A DNA stretch of 63,621 nucleotides, filler included. It is 6 parts of 6 records of this genome, joined end to end, with 100 filler letters (N's around TTAATTAATTAA, not from the genome) between each part and the next. Parts side by side here need not be neighbours in the genome. Positions count along the whole stretch, not along the records: positions 29,330 to 51,500 come from DRR378314_1290; positions 51,601 to 58,119 come from DRR378314_1304; 4 more parts are not named here. One strand, given 5' to 3'. Both the position numbers and the translations under genes were made by a program. Each line of letters opens with the position of its first letter. The stretch's first letter is position 1. A model generated the notes under the pieces. That model was not told the DNA's origin and did not search any database. It saw only the letters and a list, made by a program, of their open reading frames with translations. Below, in pieces: positions 41,262 to 51,649 of this stretch.

Positions 41262-42177
41262 GTGCCCTATCACATATGAACCCTGTGGTACGGCAAAATA
41301 TAGTAAAAAAGGTCTCAAAATGATTGCTGCCAAGTTAACTGGTTTAAATGATTTGCCCTATACAGCATCCGAATTACGGAGAGAGGCGGCAAACAGGGCG
41401 AAGAAATTATCCATACAGGGGGTACAGCCTAAATTAAGTGCTAGTATTTCCGTAGTCGAACAAGAATTTAAAGTAGTGGACCAATTCGGAACCTATATCA
41501 TAAAACCTCAAAATGATATTTTTCCGGAATTACCGGAGAATGAGGACCTGACCATGCGCATGGCCATGTTCCTCGGTATAAATGTGCCCTTTCATGGAAT
41601 GGTTTATGGCAAGGATGGCAGTCTGTCCTATTTTATCAAGCGTTTTGACAGATATGGTAAAGGGAAAAAATATGCAACGGAAGATTTTGCCCAATTGACT
41701 GGAAATACCAGGGATACCAAGTATCGTTTTAGTATGGAGAAATTGGTACCCGTTATCGAAGAATTTTGTACGTTTCCTGTGGTTGAGAAAGTGGAATTCT
41801 TCAAGAGAATAGTTTTTTGTTTTGTGACTGGAAATGAGGATATGCACCTTAAAAACTTTTCTCTAATTACAAAGAATGGCAAAACGACGCTGGCACCTGC
41901 TTACGATTTGTTGAACTCCTCCATTGCGATCAAAAACCCTGAAGAAGAAATTGCATTGACCCTGAAAGGAAAAAAAAGTAATTTAAAAGCATTGGATTTT
42001 ACGGATTATTATGCAAGGGAGCGATTGCAATTGAACGAAAAAACCATTGAATCCATACTTCAGGACATGTTTAAGGCAAAACAGAAATGGGAGGAGCTCA
42101 TATCGATTTCTTTTCTATCCGATGACATGAAAGAAAAGTATTCCAAAATACTGGAACATCGGTTGAAAATGTTTTAA
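41254..42177 (+). CDS. hipT: HipA-family kinase toxin (HipT-like)
   Basis: Gly-loop SIQGVQPK, YIIKP, ENE, KRFDR, GNEDMHLKNFS, LAPAYD. Confidence 0.92.
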   Translation: MNRCPITYEPCGTAKYSKKGLKMIAAKLTGLNDLPYTASELRREAANRAKKLSIQGVQPKLSASISVVEQEFKVVDQFGTYIIKPQNDIFPELPENEDLTMRMAMFLGINVPFHGMVYGKDGSLSYFIKRFDRYGKGKKYATEDFAQLTGNTRDTKYRFSMEKLVPVIEEFCTFPVVEKVEFFKRIVFCFVTGNEDMHLKNFSLITKNGKTTLAPAYDLLNSSIAIKNPEEEIALTLKGKKSNLKALDFTDYYARERLQLNEKTIESILQDMFKAKQKWEELISISFLSDDMKEKYSKILEHRLKMF

Positions 42178-42654
42178 CGATTCGTTTATTGGTGTCTTAA
42201 GATCAAATCGATGTACTTTCCAATGAAGTATTTTATCCATACATACAACTTCATATTGTCATTTCACGATTGGATAATCGGATTTTTTCCGATTATGTAT
42301 GATTTTTTTGACAACTGCATTGAATTGGTTGCAAGTGTGTATCAGTCAGGATTTATTTGATGTATTGGAAAATAAAGGTGACATTTTGGTAAATAAACCT
42401 CCCATTTTGGTTTGATGAATTACCATATACACGACAAAAACCTGTCACATCCCTATGAAAAAACAGTCCTTTTCAATAAGATTATGACTTGATATTACCC
42501 AATAAAAGGAAACTATCGTATGGTGGTTTGACGAATTGGATTATTTTGTGGGATAGGAAATTCGCAAATTGGAACCATTTTCTCTGTATAAAGAAAGGTC
42601 GTTTTCCTGCATTCCAATTTGGTTGAAGAAAACTATGGTGCTTATTTTGATGCT

Positions 42655-43722
42655 ATGTCGTTTATATTTGTCTTATTGGTTATACAGGGGCTACAGGCTC
42701 TTGTCTTAACTGGTTTTTTACTTTTTACAAACAGAGGGAAAAGAGCTAGCAATATCTATTTAGCTGGTTTTCTTTTGACTCTTGTCATTGAAATTACATA
42801 TTCTGTAGTATCTGCACACACTTCTTTTTATATTGTAGCACCTGCATATTTGGGTTTTTTTTATGGCCCCTTTCTTTTCTTTTATATTGACTCATTGGAT
42901 TACACTAATACCAATCAAGAGGTAAAGTGGAAGATTCATGTGATACCTGGAATTTGTTTTGTTTTGGCCGTGGTTATTGGAAAATCTTCAATTCTTTTTG
43001 AAGGACTCCTTGCATTGTGCTTCGCATATTATTTCATCATATCATTTTATACGTTTCAAAAAACCAAGCAAACTTTAAAACGTAACTATTCGAATTTAGA
43101 TCTTGTGGATATTGGTTGGCTCATCAATTTTTTGTTGCCCTTCATTCCCTTGGTTGTCATCGATACAATTGCGTTTTTATTTCATTGGTTCGAATCTGAC
43201 CTATCCATTGTTTTCATCTATGTTCAAGCGTTGATCTTTCTTTTTATCGTCAATTATCTCACCATTGCCGGATGGATAAAAAAAAACTCATTTATGGGCA
43301 TTTATGAAAACATGGACGAACTGCCATTAAAGGATGGGGTTACTGCAAGAAGTTATAAGGAAGACTTTGATAAAGAACAATTGGATGAATTTGCTAGCAG
43401 GATATCTGAACAGGTTGATTCCAACGAATTGTTCAAAAACCCCGAGATTAATATACAGTTATTGGCTGAAGAAGTAAGCATCAGCCCTAGGCAGGTCTCA
43501 CACACCATTAATCTTTATTTCCACACCAATTTTTCCGATTTCATCAATGGGCGAAGATTGAGCTATGCAAAAAAACAGCTAGAGGCGTTCACTAATGAAG
43601 AGAAGAATATATCACAAATCATATTTGAATCCGGTTTTAATTCGAAGTCGAGCTTTTATACCTATTTCAAAAGGAACGAGGGATGTTCGCCCAAAGAGTA
43701 TCGAATCAATAACTCACGTTAG
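42655..43722 (+). CDS. Multi-TM AraC-family regulator
   Basis: Hydrophobic N-terminal helices; NFSDFINGRR...SGFNSKSSFYTYFK HTH; alternative TTG start 42619. Confidence 0.9.
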   Translation: MSFIFVLLVIQGLQALVLTGFLLFTNRGKRASNIYLAGFLLTLVIEITYSVVSAHTSFYIVAPAYLGFFYGPFLFFYIDSLDYTNTNQEVKWKIHVIPGICFVLAVVIGKSSILFEGLLALCFAYYFIISFYTFQKTKQTLKRNYSNLDLVDIGWLINFLLPFIPLVVIDTIAFLFHWFESDLSIVFIYVQALIFLFIVNYLTIAGWIKKNSFMGIYENMDELPLKDGVTARSYKEDFDKEQLDEFASRISEQVDSNELFKNPEINIQLLAEEVSISPRQVSHTINLYFHTNFSDFINGRRLSYAKKQLEAFTNEEKNISQIIFESGFNSKSSFYTYFKRNEGCSPKEYRINNSR

Positions 43723-44023
43723 CCATACATTACAAAATTTGTAGAAACCCTTACTGCAAACAGAAATTGATTTTCTTCGATGCTACCTATCAATAAGGAA
43801 ACGACTATGGCTTGATCTTCCTGCTTTTTTCAGTACTGTCATAGGTTTGGAAATCCATTCAAGATCATGAACCAGAAACAATTTTTCAGATCACCGGGTA
43901 AACTTTACCTTAATTTTAGCCTGTCCATGCTTTTCAGGGCACTGGGATTTTTTCCATTGGTATAAGTGTCACGGAGCCACTGAATTGAAGAGGCGTTTAA
44001 TCATCATCTAAAAAAACATCAAA

Positions 44024-45487
44024 ATGAAAAGAGTCTTTGCATTTCTAATTGTACCGTTCCTTACTAGCTGTATGGGAAAAGACAATTCTGGTATAACTGA
44101 TAACATCGAAAGAAAGAAAAATGCGCTACAATTCCTGTCCAAGGATAGCGATACCATTTCGCTCAATCAGCTTTTGAATGAGCGAGGGTTGAAGAGCTTG
44201 AGTATAGCCGTATTCGAAAACTATGAAATTCTTTGGTCCGAGGCTGTAGGGGTCAAATTCGATTCAATTCCCATAGACGTGAATACGGCATATTCAACGG
44301 CTTCAATTTCAAAGCCCATTACGGCTACATTATGCGCGATTTTGGAGGATAAGGGTTTGATCGATCTTGATGCCCCGGTAAACACCTATTTGAAAAGATG
44401 GCAATTGCCCCAAAATGAATTCACAAAAGATGTGGATGTCACCCTTGCCCATCTGTTAAGTCATACGGCAGGAACCACGCAAGGTGGATTCACTGATTTT
44501 TACCACGGGTATACCATTCCTACTATCCTTGAATCCATTAAGGGAAATATTCCTGGCAATGATGCTGTTTCCATTACTTTCGAACCTGGTACCGACTGGA
44601 GGTACAGCGGTGGTGGATATACCATAGCCATGATGGCTTTGGAGGATCACTTTAACAAATCATTGGCCGATTTGGCACATGAATTCATTTTTGGTCCAAT
44701 GGGTCTTAAAAACACCACAATGAAACAGCCGAATGAAGAGGGGTTCCTCAAAAATGTGGCAAAAGCACATGACGAACAAGGGAATGTTGTGGGGACTGGC
44801 ATTCCTATTACTCCTCAAGTATCGGCCTCCGGCTTATGGTCGACTCCGACCGAAATGGCCTTGATTTTGATCGAGATTCAAAAGGCCTTGAACGGAAAGG
44901 GATCAGATTTGATTTCCGAGAAAGTGGCCAAAAGGATAACCGCTATTGAAACCATTCAAGGGATGAGAGGTTGGAGTTTGGGTTGGGAACGTATGAATTC
45001 GTTTGGTAATCAGGATTGGTTTTCCCATGGAGGTGCCAATACGGGGGTAGGAGGCCATGTTTATGCAACCATGGAAGGAGGAAATGGAGTGGTCATGTTA
45101 GCCAATGGACCGAACAATGTTAGAATTCCGGTAACGGAAATGCTTTTGCAGAATATTGTTGAAACACATGATTGGGGATACTCGCTGCCTTGGATGAATA
45201 AAGAGGAGTTACCTGAACATCTAATCTCGAAAATACAAGGTCGATATAAGGACATCAAGTTTGGGCCCGTGATCGAAATCAAAGAGGAGGACGGAAGACT
45301 ATATATCCCCATGGCTTGGGGAGGATTAAGGTATAATTTGGTCTATATAGGAGAAAACACCTTTGTCATGAATGAAATGTCAGGGAAGTTCAAATTTAAT
45401 TTGGACAGTGACCCTTTGAAAATTAAATTTTTACGGGAGGATGGCGACCGTATACTTGCCTTTGATATGTTCGAAAAAGTAGAATAG
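44024..45487 (+). CDS. Serine hydrolase (AmpC-like) lipoprotein
   Basis: Lipobox LTSC, SISK, LLSHTAG, YSGGGY, HGG. Confidence 0.92.
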   Translation: MKRVFAFLIVPFLTSCMGKDNSGITDNIERKKNALQFLSKDSDTISLNQLLNERGLKSLSIAVFENYEILWSEAVGVKFDSIPIDVNTAYSTASISKPITATLCAILEDKGLIDLDAPVNTYLKRWQLPQNEFTKDVDVTLAHLLSHTAGTTQGGFTDFYHGYTIPTILESIKGNIPGNDAVSITFEPGTDWRYSGGGYTIAMMALEDHFNKSLADLAHEFIFGPMGLKNTTMKQPNEEGFLKNVAKAHDEQGNVVGTGIPITPQVSASGLWSTPTEMALILIEIQKALNGKGSDLISEKVAKRITAIETIQGMRGWSLGWERMNSFGNQDWFSHGGANTGVGGHVYATMEGGNGVVMLANGPNNVRIPVTEMLLQNIVETHDWGYSLPWMNKEELPEHLISKIQGRYKDIKFGPVIEIKEEDGRLYIPMAWGGLRYNLVYIGENTFVMNEMSGKFKFNLDSDPLKIKFLREDGDRILAFDMFEKVE

Positions 45488-45561
45488 TCAATTGTCCATT
45501 ACGTTTAGACCTCGATGTCATTGCAACGTCATTCCATATTCATTCCATAATACAATCAATC

Positions 45562-47970
45562 ATGAAGTTTTTTCTTTTGCTCATGGGTTTTTTCCTATGC
45601 CAGATTTCCCTTGCCCAAATCAAAGTGAGCGGAACCGTTACGGATGAAAAGGGCGATCCTTTACCGTATGCCAACGTCATTGTCTATGAAAGGATAGACA
45701 CCTTGATCGTAATGGGCACCATCACGGATGATGAGGGAAAATTTGCATTGGATATAAAGGAGCCTAGGGCGTATCGAGTAGAATTATCATCACTGGGATA
45801 CGAAACGAGATCATTCATAATTTCTGAATCCACGGATTTAGGAACTGTATTGTTAGTGGCCTCACAGGTACAATTGGACGAAATCGAAGTAATTGGCAGC
45901 AAACCCTTGTTGCAACGAAAGAACAATAAGCTGATTCTCAATGTTGGTGACAATGTTGCCAATTTGGGTAACTCCATGTTGGAGATTCTTCAAAAATCCC
46001 CGGGCGTCATGGTAGATCAAAACAACACTATTCTACTTAATGGTCGCAGTGGGGTTAGGGTCTTTGTTGACGGAAAGGATACCCGGTTGAGCGGTAACGC
46101 ATTGGGCGATTTACTGAACAATATCAGGTCGACCGCGATTGATCATATAGAAATTATCCAGAATCCTTCAGCAAAGTACGAAGCACAGGGCAATGCTGGG
46201 ATTATCAACATCATTACGAAAAAGGGGAAGTTGCAGGGAACCAATGGCAGCATAACAATGTCATCTGGGTTTGGCAGGTATTTCAGGCTTGAAAATAGTT
46301 TGAATATAAATCATAGGAGAGAGCGATATAATATTTATGGCCAGTATACATTGGCCAAAAGGGACGAATGGTTGAAGGTTGAAATCGATAGGCTCTTCCT
46401 AAATGAAAACAACAATATCAGATCCAGGGTGAGATTGGACAATGTGTTCAAAACGCCCAATGAAAGTCATTCACTGAAAGTTGGGTTCGATTATGGAGGA
46501 AATGATGGACTTCGTTTTGGATTTCAAATGTCAGGCCTGTTCAATGACGAGCAACAAAATGGCATAAGTCTAATCGGTACATCTGATAGGGAAAATAAAC
46601 TGGTCCTTGATCAGGAAACGAACTCGAACAATGCTACCTACTGGGATAGCTACACCGGAAATGGTTACTCCCAATATGCTTTCAAAAATGGTTCCACATT
46701 GGATTTCGATGTTGACCTTGCCCATTATCGTAACCAAATCGATCAAAACTTCGTTTCCTCCTTGTTGAATCTTGAAAATGGAACGTTCCGAGAAAATAGA
46801 CAGACCGGTGTTATTGGAACCCGTCTGCAAATCCTTGGTTTAAGCTCGGATTATAAGACTTTACCGAATGATTTTTCACAAATTCAAACGGGCTATAAAT
46901 TTGTTGGTGCCAACTCCTCGAACAGTGTACGCTATAACGATTTTGTGGCTGGGCAGGATGCGCCAGTGGGCAGTGTGAGCAACTCTTTTGAATATGTGGA
47001 ACATATCCATGGCATATATGTTAATTACAGTAATCAGCGGAAAAAATGGGGGCTCGATATTGGATTGCGCAGTGAATATACAGACACCCAAGGGGCCCAG
47101 CATTCATCTGACGTAAGGATTAAGCGCTCCTACCTTGACTTGTTTCCTAGCATGTCAGTGAATCATTCCATAGGCGAAGAACAAGATTTGGCCTTTTCTA
47201 TTGGAAGAAGGATCGATCGGCCGGTTTATCATCAATTGAATCCCTTTAGACTCAATATAGACACCAATACCTTTACAACTGGGGAACCAAATTTGAGACC
47301 GCAATATACGTGGTCCACAGAAACAAGTTATAATGTCAAAGGGAAGTATTTCATTTCGCTGTCCTATGCCGTCACCACAGATTTTATAACAGAAGCTGCG
47401 ATACAGGATGAAAGCCGTCAAGAAGTCTTGCTAAAACCCATCAATATAGATGATGTAAAAACCATTTCCTTAAACATGAACGTCCCCCTGAAGCTGGGCC
47501 AATGGCTGCAATCCAATATTAACGTTTCGAGTTCATGGAGCAAGTTTACCGGTGTGATATCGGGTGCAAAATTGGATAGATGGGCTCCAAGAGTCAATGT
47601 AAACTCCAGCACCAATTTTAGTTGTGGAAATGGCTATAAACTCTTTGTCAATACCTTTCATTTGTTTTCCCATTATTCCGGAATAACGGAATTGGAAACA
47701 ATCTCTTCCATCTCCTTTGGAGCTCGGAAGTCCTTTTTGAAAGGTCGAGCTGATGTAAGTATAAATGTCAATGACCTATTTTGGAACCAATATCCAGTTG
47801 GACAGACAGATTTTGCACTGTTGATCGATAATTTTAGGAGCTATCGTGATACAAGATATATCATGATGGGGCTAACCTATAAGTTTGGAAACGCTTCTAT
47901 CGCTTCGGAAAGGAAACGCAGGTCACAGATTCAAAAAGAAAAGGATAGGGCAAGGCAACAACGATTATGA
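45562..47970 (+). CDS. TonB-dependent-receptor-like outer membrane beta-barrel protein
   Basis: Signal peptide SLA-Q, carboxypeptidase-regulatory-like domain, plug IEIIQNPSAKYEAQGNAGIINIIT, RIDRP..QLNPF, GEPNLRP. Confidence 0.9.
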   Translation: MKFFLLLMGFFLCQISLAQIKVSGTVTDEKGDPLPYANVIVYERIDTLIVMGTITDDEGKFALDIKEPRAYRVELSSLGYETRSFIISESTDLGTVLLVASQVQLDEIEVIGSKPLLQRKNNKLILNVGDNVANLGNSMLEILQKSPGVMVDQNNTILLNGRSGVRVFVDGKDTRLSGNALGDLLNNIRSTAIDHIEIIQNPSAKYEAQGNAGIINIITKKGKLQGTNGSITMSSGFGRYFRLENSLNINHRRERYNIYGQYTLAKRDEWLKVEIDRLFLNENNNIRSRVRLDNVFKTPNESHSLKVGFDYGGNDGLRFGFQMSGLFNDEQQNGISLIGTSDRENKLVLDQETNSNNATYWDSYTGNGYSQYAFKNGSTLDFDVDLAHYRNQIDQNFVSSLLNLENGTFRENRQTGVIGTRLQILGLSSDYKTLPNDFSQIQTGYKFVGANSSNSVRYNDFVAGQDAPVGSVSNSFEYVEHIHGIYVNYSNQRKKWGLDIGLRSEYTDTQGAQHSSDVRIKRSYLDLFPSMSVNHSIGEEQDLAFSIGRRIDRPVYHQLNPFRLNIDTNTFTTGEPNLRPQYTWSTETSYNVKGKYFISLSYAVTTDFITEAAIQDESRQEVLLKPINIDDVKTISLNMNVPLKLGQWLQSNINVSSSWSKFTGVISGAKLDRWAPRVNVNSSTNFSCGNGYKLFVNTFHLFSHYSGITELETISSISFGARKSFLKGRADVSINVNDLFWNQYPVGQTDFALLIDNFRSYRDTRYIMMGLTYKFGNASIASERKRRSQIQKEKDRARQQRL

Positions 47971-48244
47971 TCGACGTACCATACCATTATATATCTTTAA
48001 AATGGATCCCTTAAAAAGTACAAAATCATGAATTCGGAACCTTTTTCATTCATTTGTTGTAACTGTGAGGTGTATTTATGGTCATGTAAACAAAGGGATA
48101 TTTAGTGTACCCTTGCTAAAAGCACGAGCTTGGAAAATTATATTGCTTTAATATAAGTACCTTTAAAGTAAGCATAAATTGAAATAAAATAGATTAGGAT
48201 AGCCATTTGCCTATTCAAATCTTGAGAACAAATTGCAGTTGCCA

Positions 48245-49348
48245 ATGACCTTTCAAATCCTATTGGAGTTTTCTTCCGCCAGTATTTTACTTTTTGTCGG
48301 TTGCTATATGATCATTATTCGCAACAAAAAGAACATAGGGGTCCTTTACTTGGGACTATTTATGGGGTTGCTCGGGATACATTATTTCTACCGTTTGGTA
48401 GCGCCCGTTTTTCCTGTGCTCAATACAATTAATGAACAGTTGGAATTGTTGTCTTTGTTGATGCATCTCTTCTGTGTTCTATTGTTTCTATTTACTTATC
48501 ATTATTTGTGGAGGGAAAAGGTTTTTCAAAAAAAAACAGCATGGATTTTTTGGTTGTTCGCCCCACCGGCCATTACCCTCATGATTGAAAATATATACAC
48601 GCTCAATCTTGATGACTTAAGGGATTTTATCAATTTAGGGCTTGCCATATTTATTATCGTTTATAACTTATCCATTATACGAACCAAAAAAACACAACGT
48701 TTGGAGGCTTCGCTTTTGGTCCATGTGAACGTTTCTTTTCTGCTTATGATGATTGTTTGGTCCCTGGTATTGATTAACCGATATATCTCTTTAGTGGAAG
48801 AGTCTTATGTCATCTATCTTTTTTTGGCAATCCAATTGTATTTGGTATATGGAGTGGTTTTTTATGCCATGTCAAATCCCTTTCTTTTCAAAAGTCCATC
48901 ATATGGAACCAACCCTATGAGGCCTGAACAGCTTATCAATCCAAATGTCCAAGAGGAGGAGAAATACAGGAACTCCAAACTGAGTCAGTTTGAGATAAAG
49001 AAACTGGCAAAGGTCATATCGGATGAAATAGATAATAATAATTTGTACTTAAAGCCGGACTTGACCATGGATGAGGTGGGTGAGCGATTGGATTTATCCC
49101 CAAGGGTCGTCTCGCAAGTCATCAATACCACCTTTGAAAGCAATTTTTCGGAATTTGTGAATTCTTATCGAATTGACCATGCCAAAGGACTGCTGTCAAA
49201 GTCTGATAAAGAGTTGAGCATTAAAGAAATCATGTATATGTCCGGTTTCAATTCAAAATCCAATTTTTACGGTTTGTTCAAAAGAAAAATTGGAATGACG
49301 CCCAGTTCTTATAGAAAAGAGCGGAAAGACGTCTCAAGAAGTTACTAA
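48245..49348 (+). CDS. Multi-TM AraC-family regulator
   Basis: TM-rich N-terminus; KYRNSKL, NFSEFVNSYRI, SGFNSKSNFY. Confidence 0.9.
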   Translation: MTFQILLEFSSASILLFVGCYMIIIRNKKNIGVLYLGLFMGLLGIHYFYRLVAPVFPVLNTINEQLELLSLLMHLFCVLLFLFTYHYLWREKVFQKKTAWIFWLFAPPAITLMIENIYTLNLDDLRDFINLGLAIFIIVYNLSIIRTKKTQRLEASLLVHVNVSFLLMMIVWSLVLINRYISLVEESYVIYLFLAIQLYLVYGVVFYAMSNPFLFKSPSYGTNPMRPEQLINPNVQEEEKYRNSKLSQFEIKKLAKVISDEIDNNNLYLKPDLTMDEVGERLDLSPRVVSQVINTTFESNFSEFVNSYRIDHAKGLLSKSDKELSIKEIMYMSGFNSKSNFYGLFKRKIGMTPSSYRKERKDVSRSY

Positions 49349-49896
49349 GTAGGATTGAATGCACAACTTGCAATAATCGATGAAAATCTTCAATGGCAAG
49401 AAGCATGGCTGCCATTCGATACAAAAAAGAAAAGTGGAGAAAGGGGACTAATCCAAAAATAATGAAGAGCTAAGTAGCTAATATTATTCATCTCCACTTG
49501 ACTGATACAAATAAAATACTCGATGTCCTTACCTTCAAATCGTAATTATCCCATATCATGATATAAGACAGCTTTATTGTTTTTCTCGGGATATGTGGCT
49601 CTTCAAACGCCATATTGGGAGCCTGAAAAGTTTCTACTTGGTGATTTGGCAAATTCGTTGCTCCATCGGAATCTGAATGATTTTAATGATCGTGACCCAG
49701 CAATCGGGTCATAAATTAGTTCTAAAACATAATTCTGGACTTTTTAAAGCCGCTGAAAATTAAAATATGCCCATACGGTTGGTATTTTAGTGTATCCGTT
49801 AATTTTTGATGGGTACTCTTTATAGTCAAAACCCTTTGGTGTTAAGGAGTGTGCGAAAAAGGCTGAATCATCATAAAACGTTTAAGTTCAACAGTT

Positions 49897-50439
49897 ATGT
49901 TTTCTAATATCTTACTTTCAATCATTGTTGTGTTATTATGCTCGATAGTGATGTATTTGAAATCCCTCGCAAAAAAAATCAAGCTTAATCAAGCAGAGAA
50001 CATCGAAATGGAAGAAGCGCCACAATTGGCGAGAATCCGATTGAAAAGCCATATTGTGGGTAAAAATGGAATTTCCAAAGAATTGGCCGAAGAAATCAAA
50101 AATAGGATTGTAACCGAATTGGAGGTAAACGAGCATTATACCAACTCAAACTTCAAATTGGAGGACTTGTCCAAAGTGATTGGACTTCCGAAACATCAAA
50201 CATCCAAGATAATCAATCAGGAATTTGGAATGGACTTCAACTCGCTCATCAACAAGTACCGAATCGAAAGGGCGAGAGAGTTGTTCATGTCCCTTAGCGA
50301 TTTTCAGATAAGTGATGTAATGTACGATGTGGGATTCAACAACTCCACTACCTTTAACAGAGCCTTCAAAAAGTACACCGATAACTTGACCCCTACCGAT
50401 TTTTTGACCATTCAGGGCGCGATGTATCAAAATTCATAA
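49897..50439 (+). CDS. Short AraC HTH protein with a single N-terminal TM
   Basis: DFNSLINKYRI, VGFNNSTTFNRAFKK. Confidence 0.85.
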   Translation: MFSNILLSIIVVLLCSIVMYLKSLAKKIKLNQAENIEMEEAPQLARIRLKSHIVGKNGISKELAEEIKNRIVTELEVNEHYTNSNFKLEDLSKVIGLPKHQTSKIINQEFGMDFNSLINKYRIERARELFMSLSDFQISDVMYDVGFNNSTTFNRAFKKYTDNLTPTDFLTIQGAMYQNS

Positions 50440-50834
50440 CTTCTTTGGTATCTGTGGTTTGGTTCCCATTACCATCAATGGTATTCCGTGTGATGGGTAC
50501 TTGCCGATACCCGCCCATAGATATAGATAGACTTGTTTTATCATCTTACATGGGCATATGTGGGATGGATTCATTTATGGCCTCCTCAATCCAATGACAT
50601 GTCACCAGTCAACATATTGTAAAAATATAAACAACGAATTGCAATTCGTTAACCCTTCCTCGTTGAATATCCCATTCTTTACGGTGCAATTGTAAAGGTT
50701 GGGTGGTGAGAAACCCTACCATAGAAATGAAACTTCAGTTTTGTTCTCATTGGTAAATTATTTGATTTAGCGATCCACTTTTCTTTACCGCCCTCCTTTC
50801 TCAATTGCTTAACTCTAACTAAAACTCAAAATTT

Positions 50835-51500
50835 ATGAAACAGAAACTCAGACTTCTGTCCTTGTTGTTTTTGGTTGCCATCAGTGGCCAAACATTTGGA
50901 CAGGAAAAAAGCATCACAGGTACAGTCACGGATGCCGCAGGGATACCGTTGCCTGGGGTGAACATCGTTGTGGAAGGCACCAGTACGGGTACCCAAACGG
51001 ATTTTGATGGTAATTATGCCATAGGTGCCACAGAGGGGCAATCATTGCTTTTTACCTACATCGGCCAAAAGCAGGAACGACGCAGAGTGGGAGCGAGTAA
51101 CGTCATCAATGTACAAATGGAGGAGGACGCACAAGCTCTGGAAGAAGTGGTTGTGACCGCCCAAGGTATCAAACGGGAGAAAAAGGCACTGGGGTATTCG
51201 GTGACCTCCGTAGGTGCCGATCAATTAGAGAACCGATCGGAAGGTGACGTAGCTAGGGTGCTTAACGGTAAGGCCGCGGGAGTGCAGATTACCTCCGCCG
51301 GTGGTACATCCGGTTCCGGTACCAACGTTACCATTCGGGGTTTCAGCTCTTTTAGCGGAAGTAACCAGGCCCTCTTCATTGTGGATGGGGTACCTTTCAG
51401 CAATGACAATAACTCACCAGGGAGTATAGACGGTAATTCAGCAAATGATTTCTTGGACGGTAACCCGGCGCCATCACGTTTCTTGGACCTTGACCCGAAC
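50835..51500 (+). CDS. SusC/RagA-family TonB-linked outer membrane protein, 3'-truncated
   Basis: GTQTDFDGNY, LEEVVVTAQGIKREKKALGYSV, IRG...NQALFIVDGVP. Confidence 0.93.
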
Positions 51501-51600
51501 NNNNNNNNNNNNNNNNNNNNNNNNNNNNNNNNNNNNNNNNNNNNTTAATTAATTAANNNNNNNNNNNNNNNNNNNNNNNNNNNNNNNNNNNNNNNNNNNN
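51501..51600. other. Artificial contig spacer
   Basis: Ns plus TTAATTAATTAA. Confidence 0.97.
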
Positions 51601-51649
51601 TTTTTTGCGCCAGGACAGTCCTTCTCGAGAAGTGTTCCGCGTGTCCTGG

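Noticed and set aside
29330-51500. CRISPR/Craspase locus suggested by TPR-CHAT plus sigma
   Set aside because: No repeat-spacer array, cas genes or Csx30/Csx31-like genes were seen, and this CHAT protein looks exported
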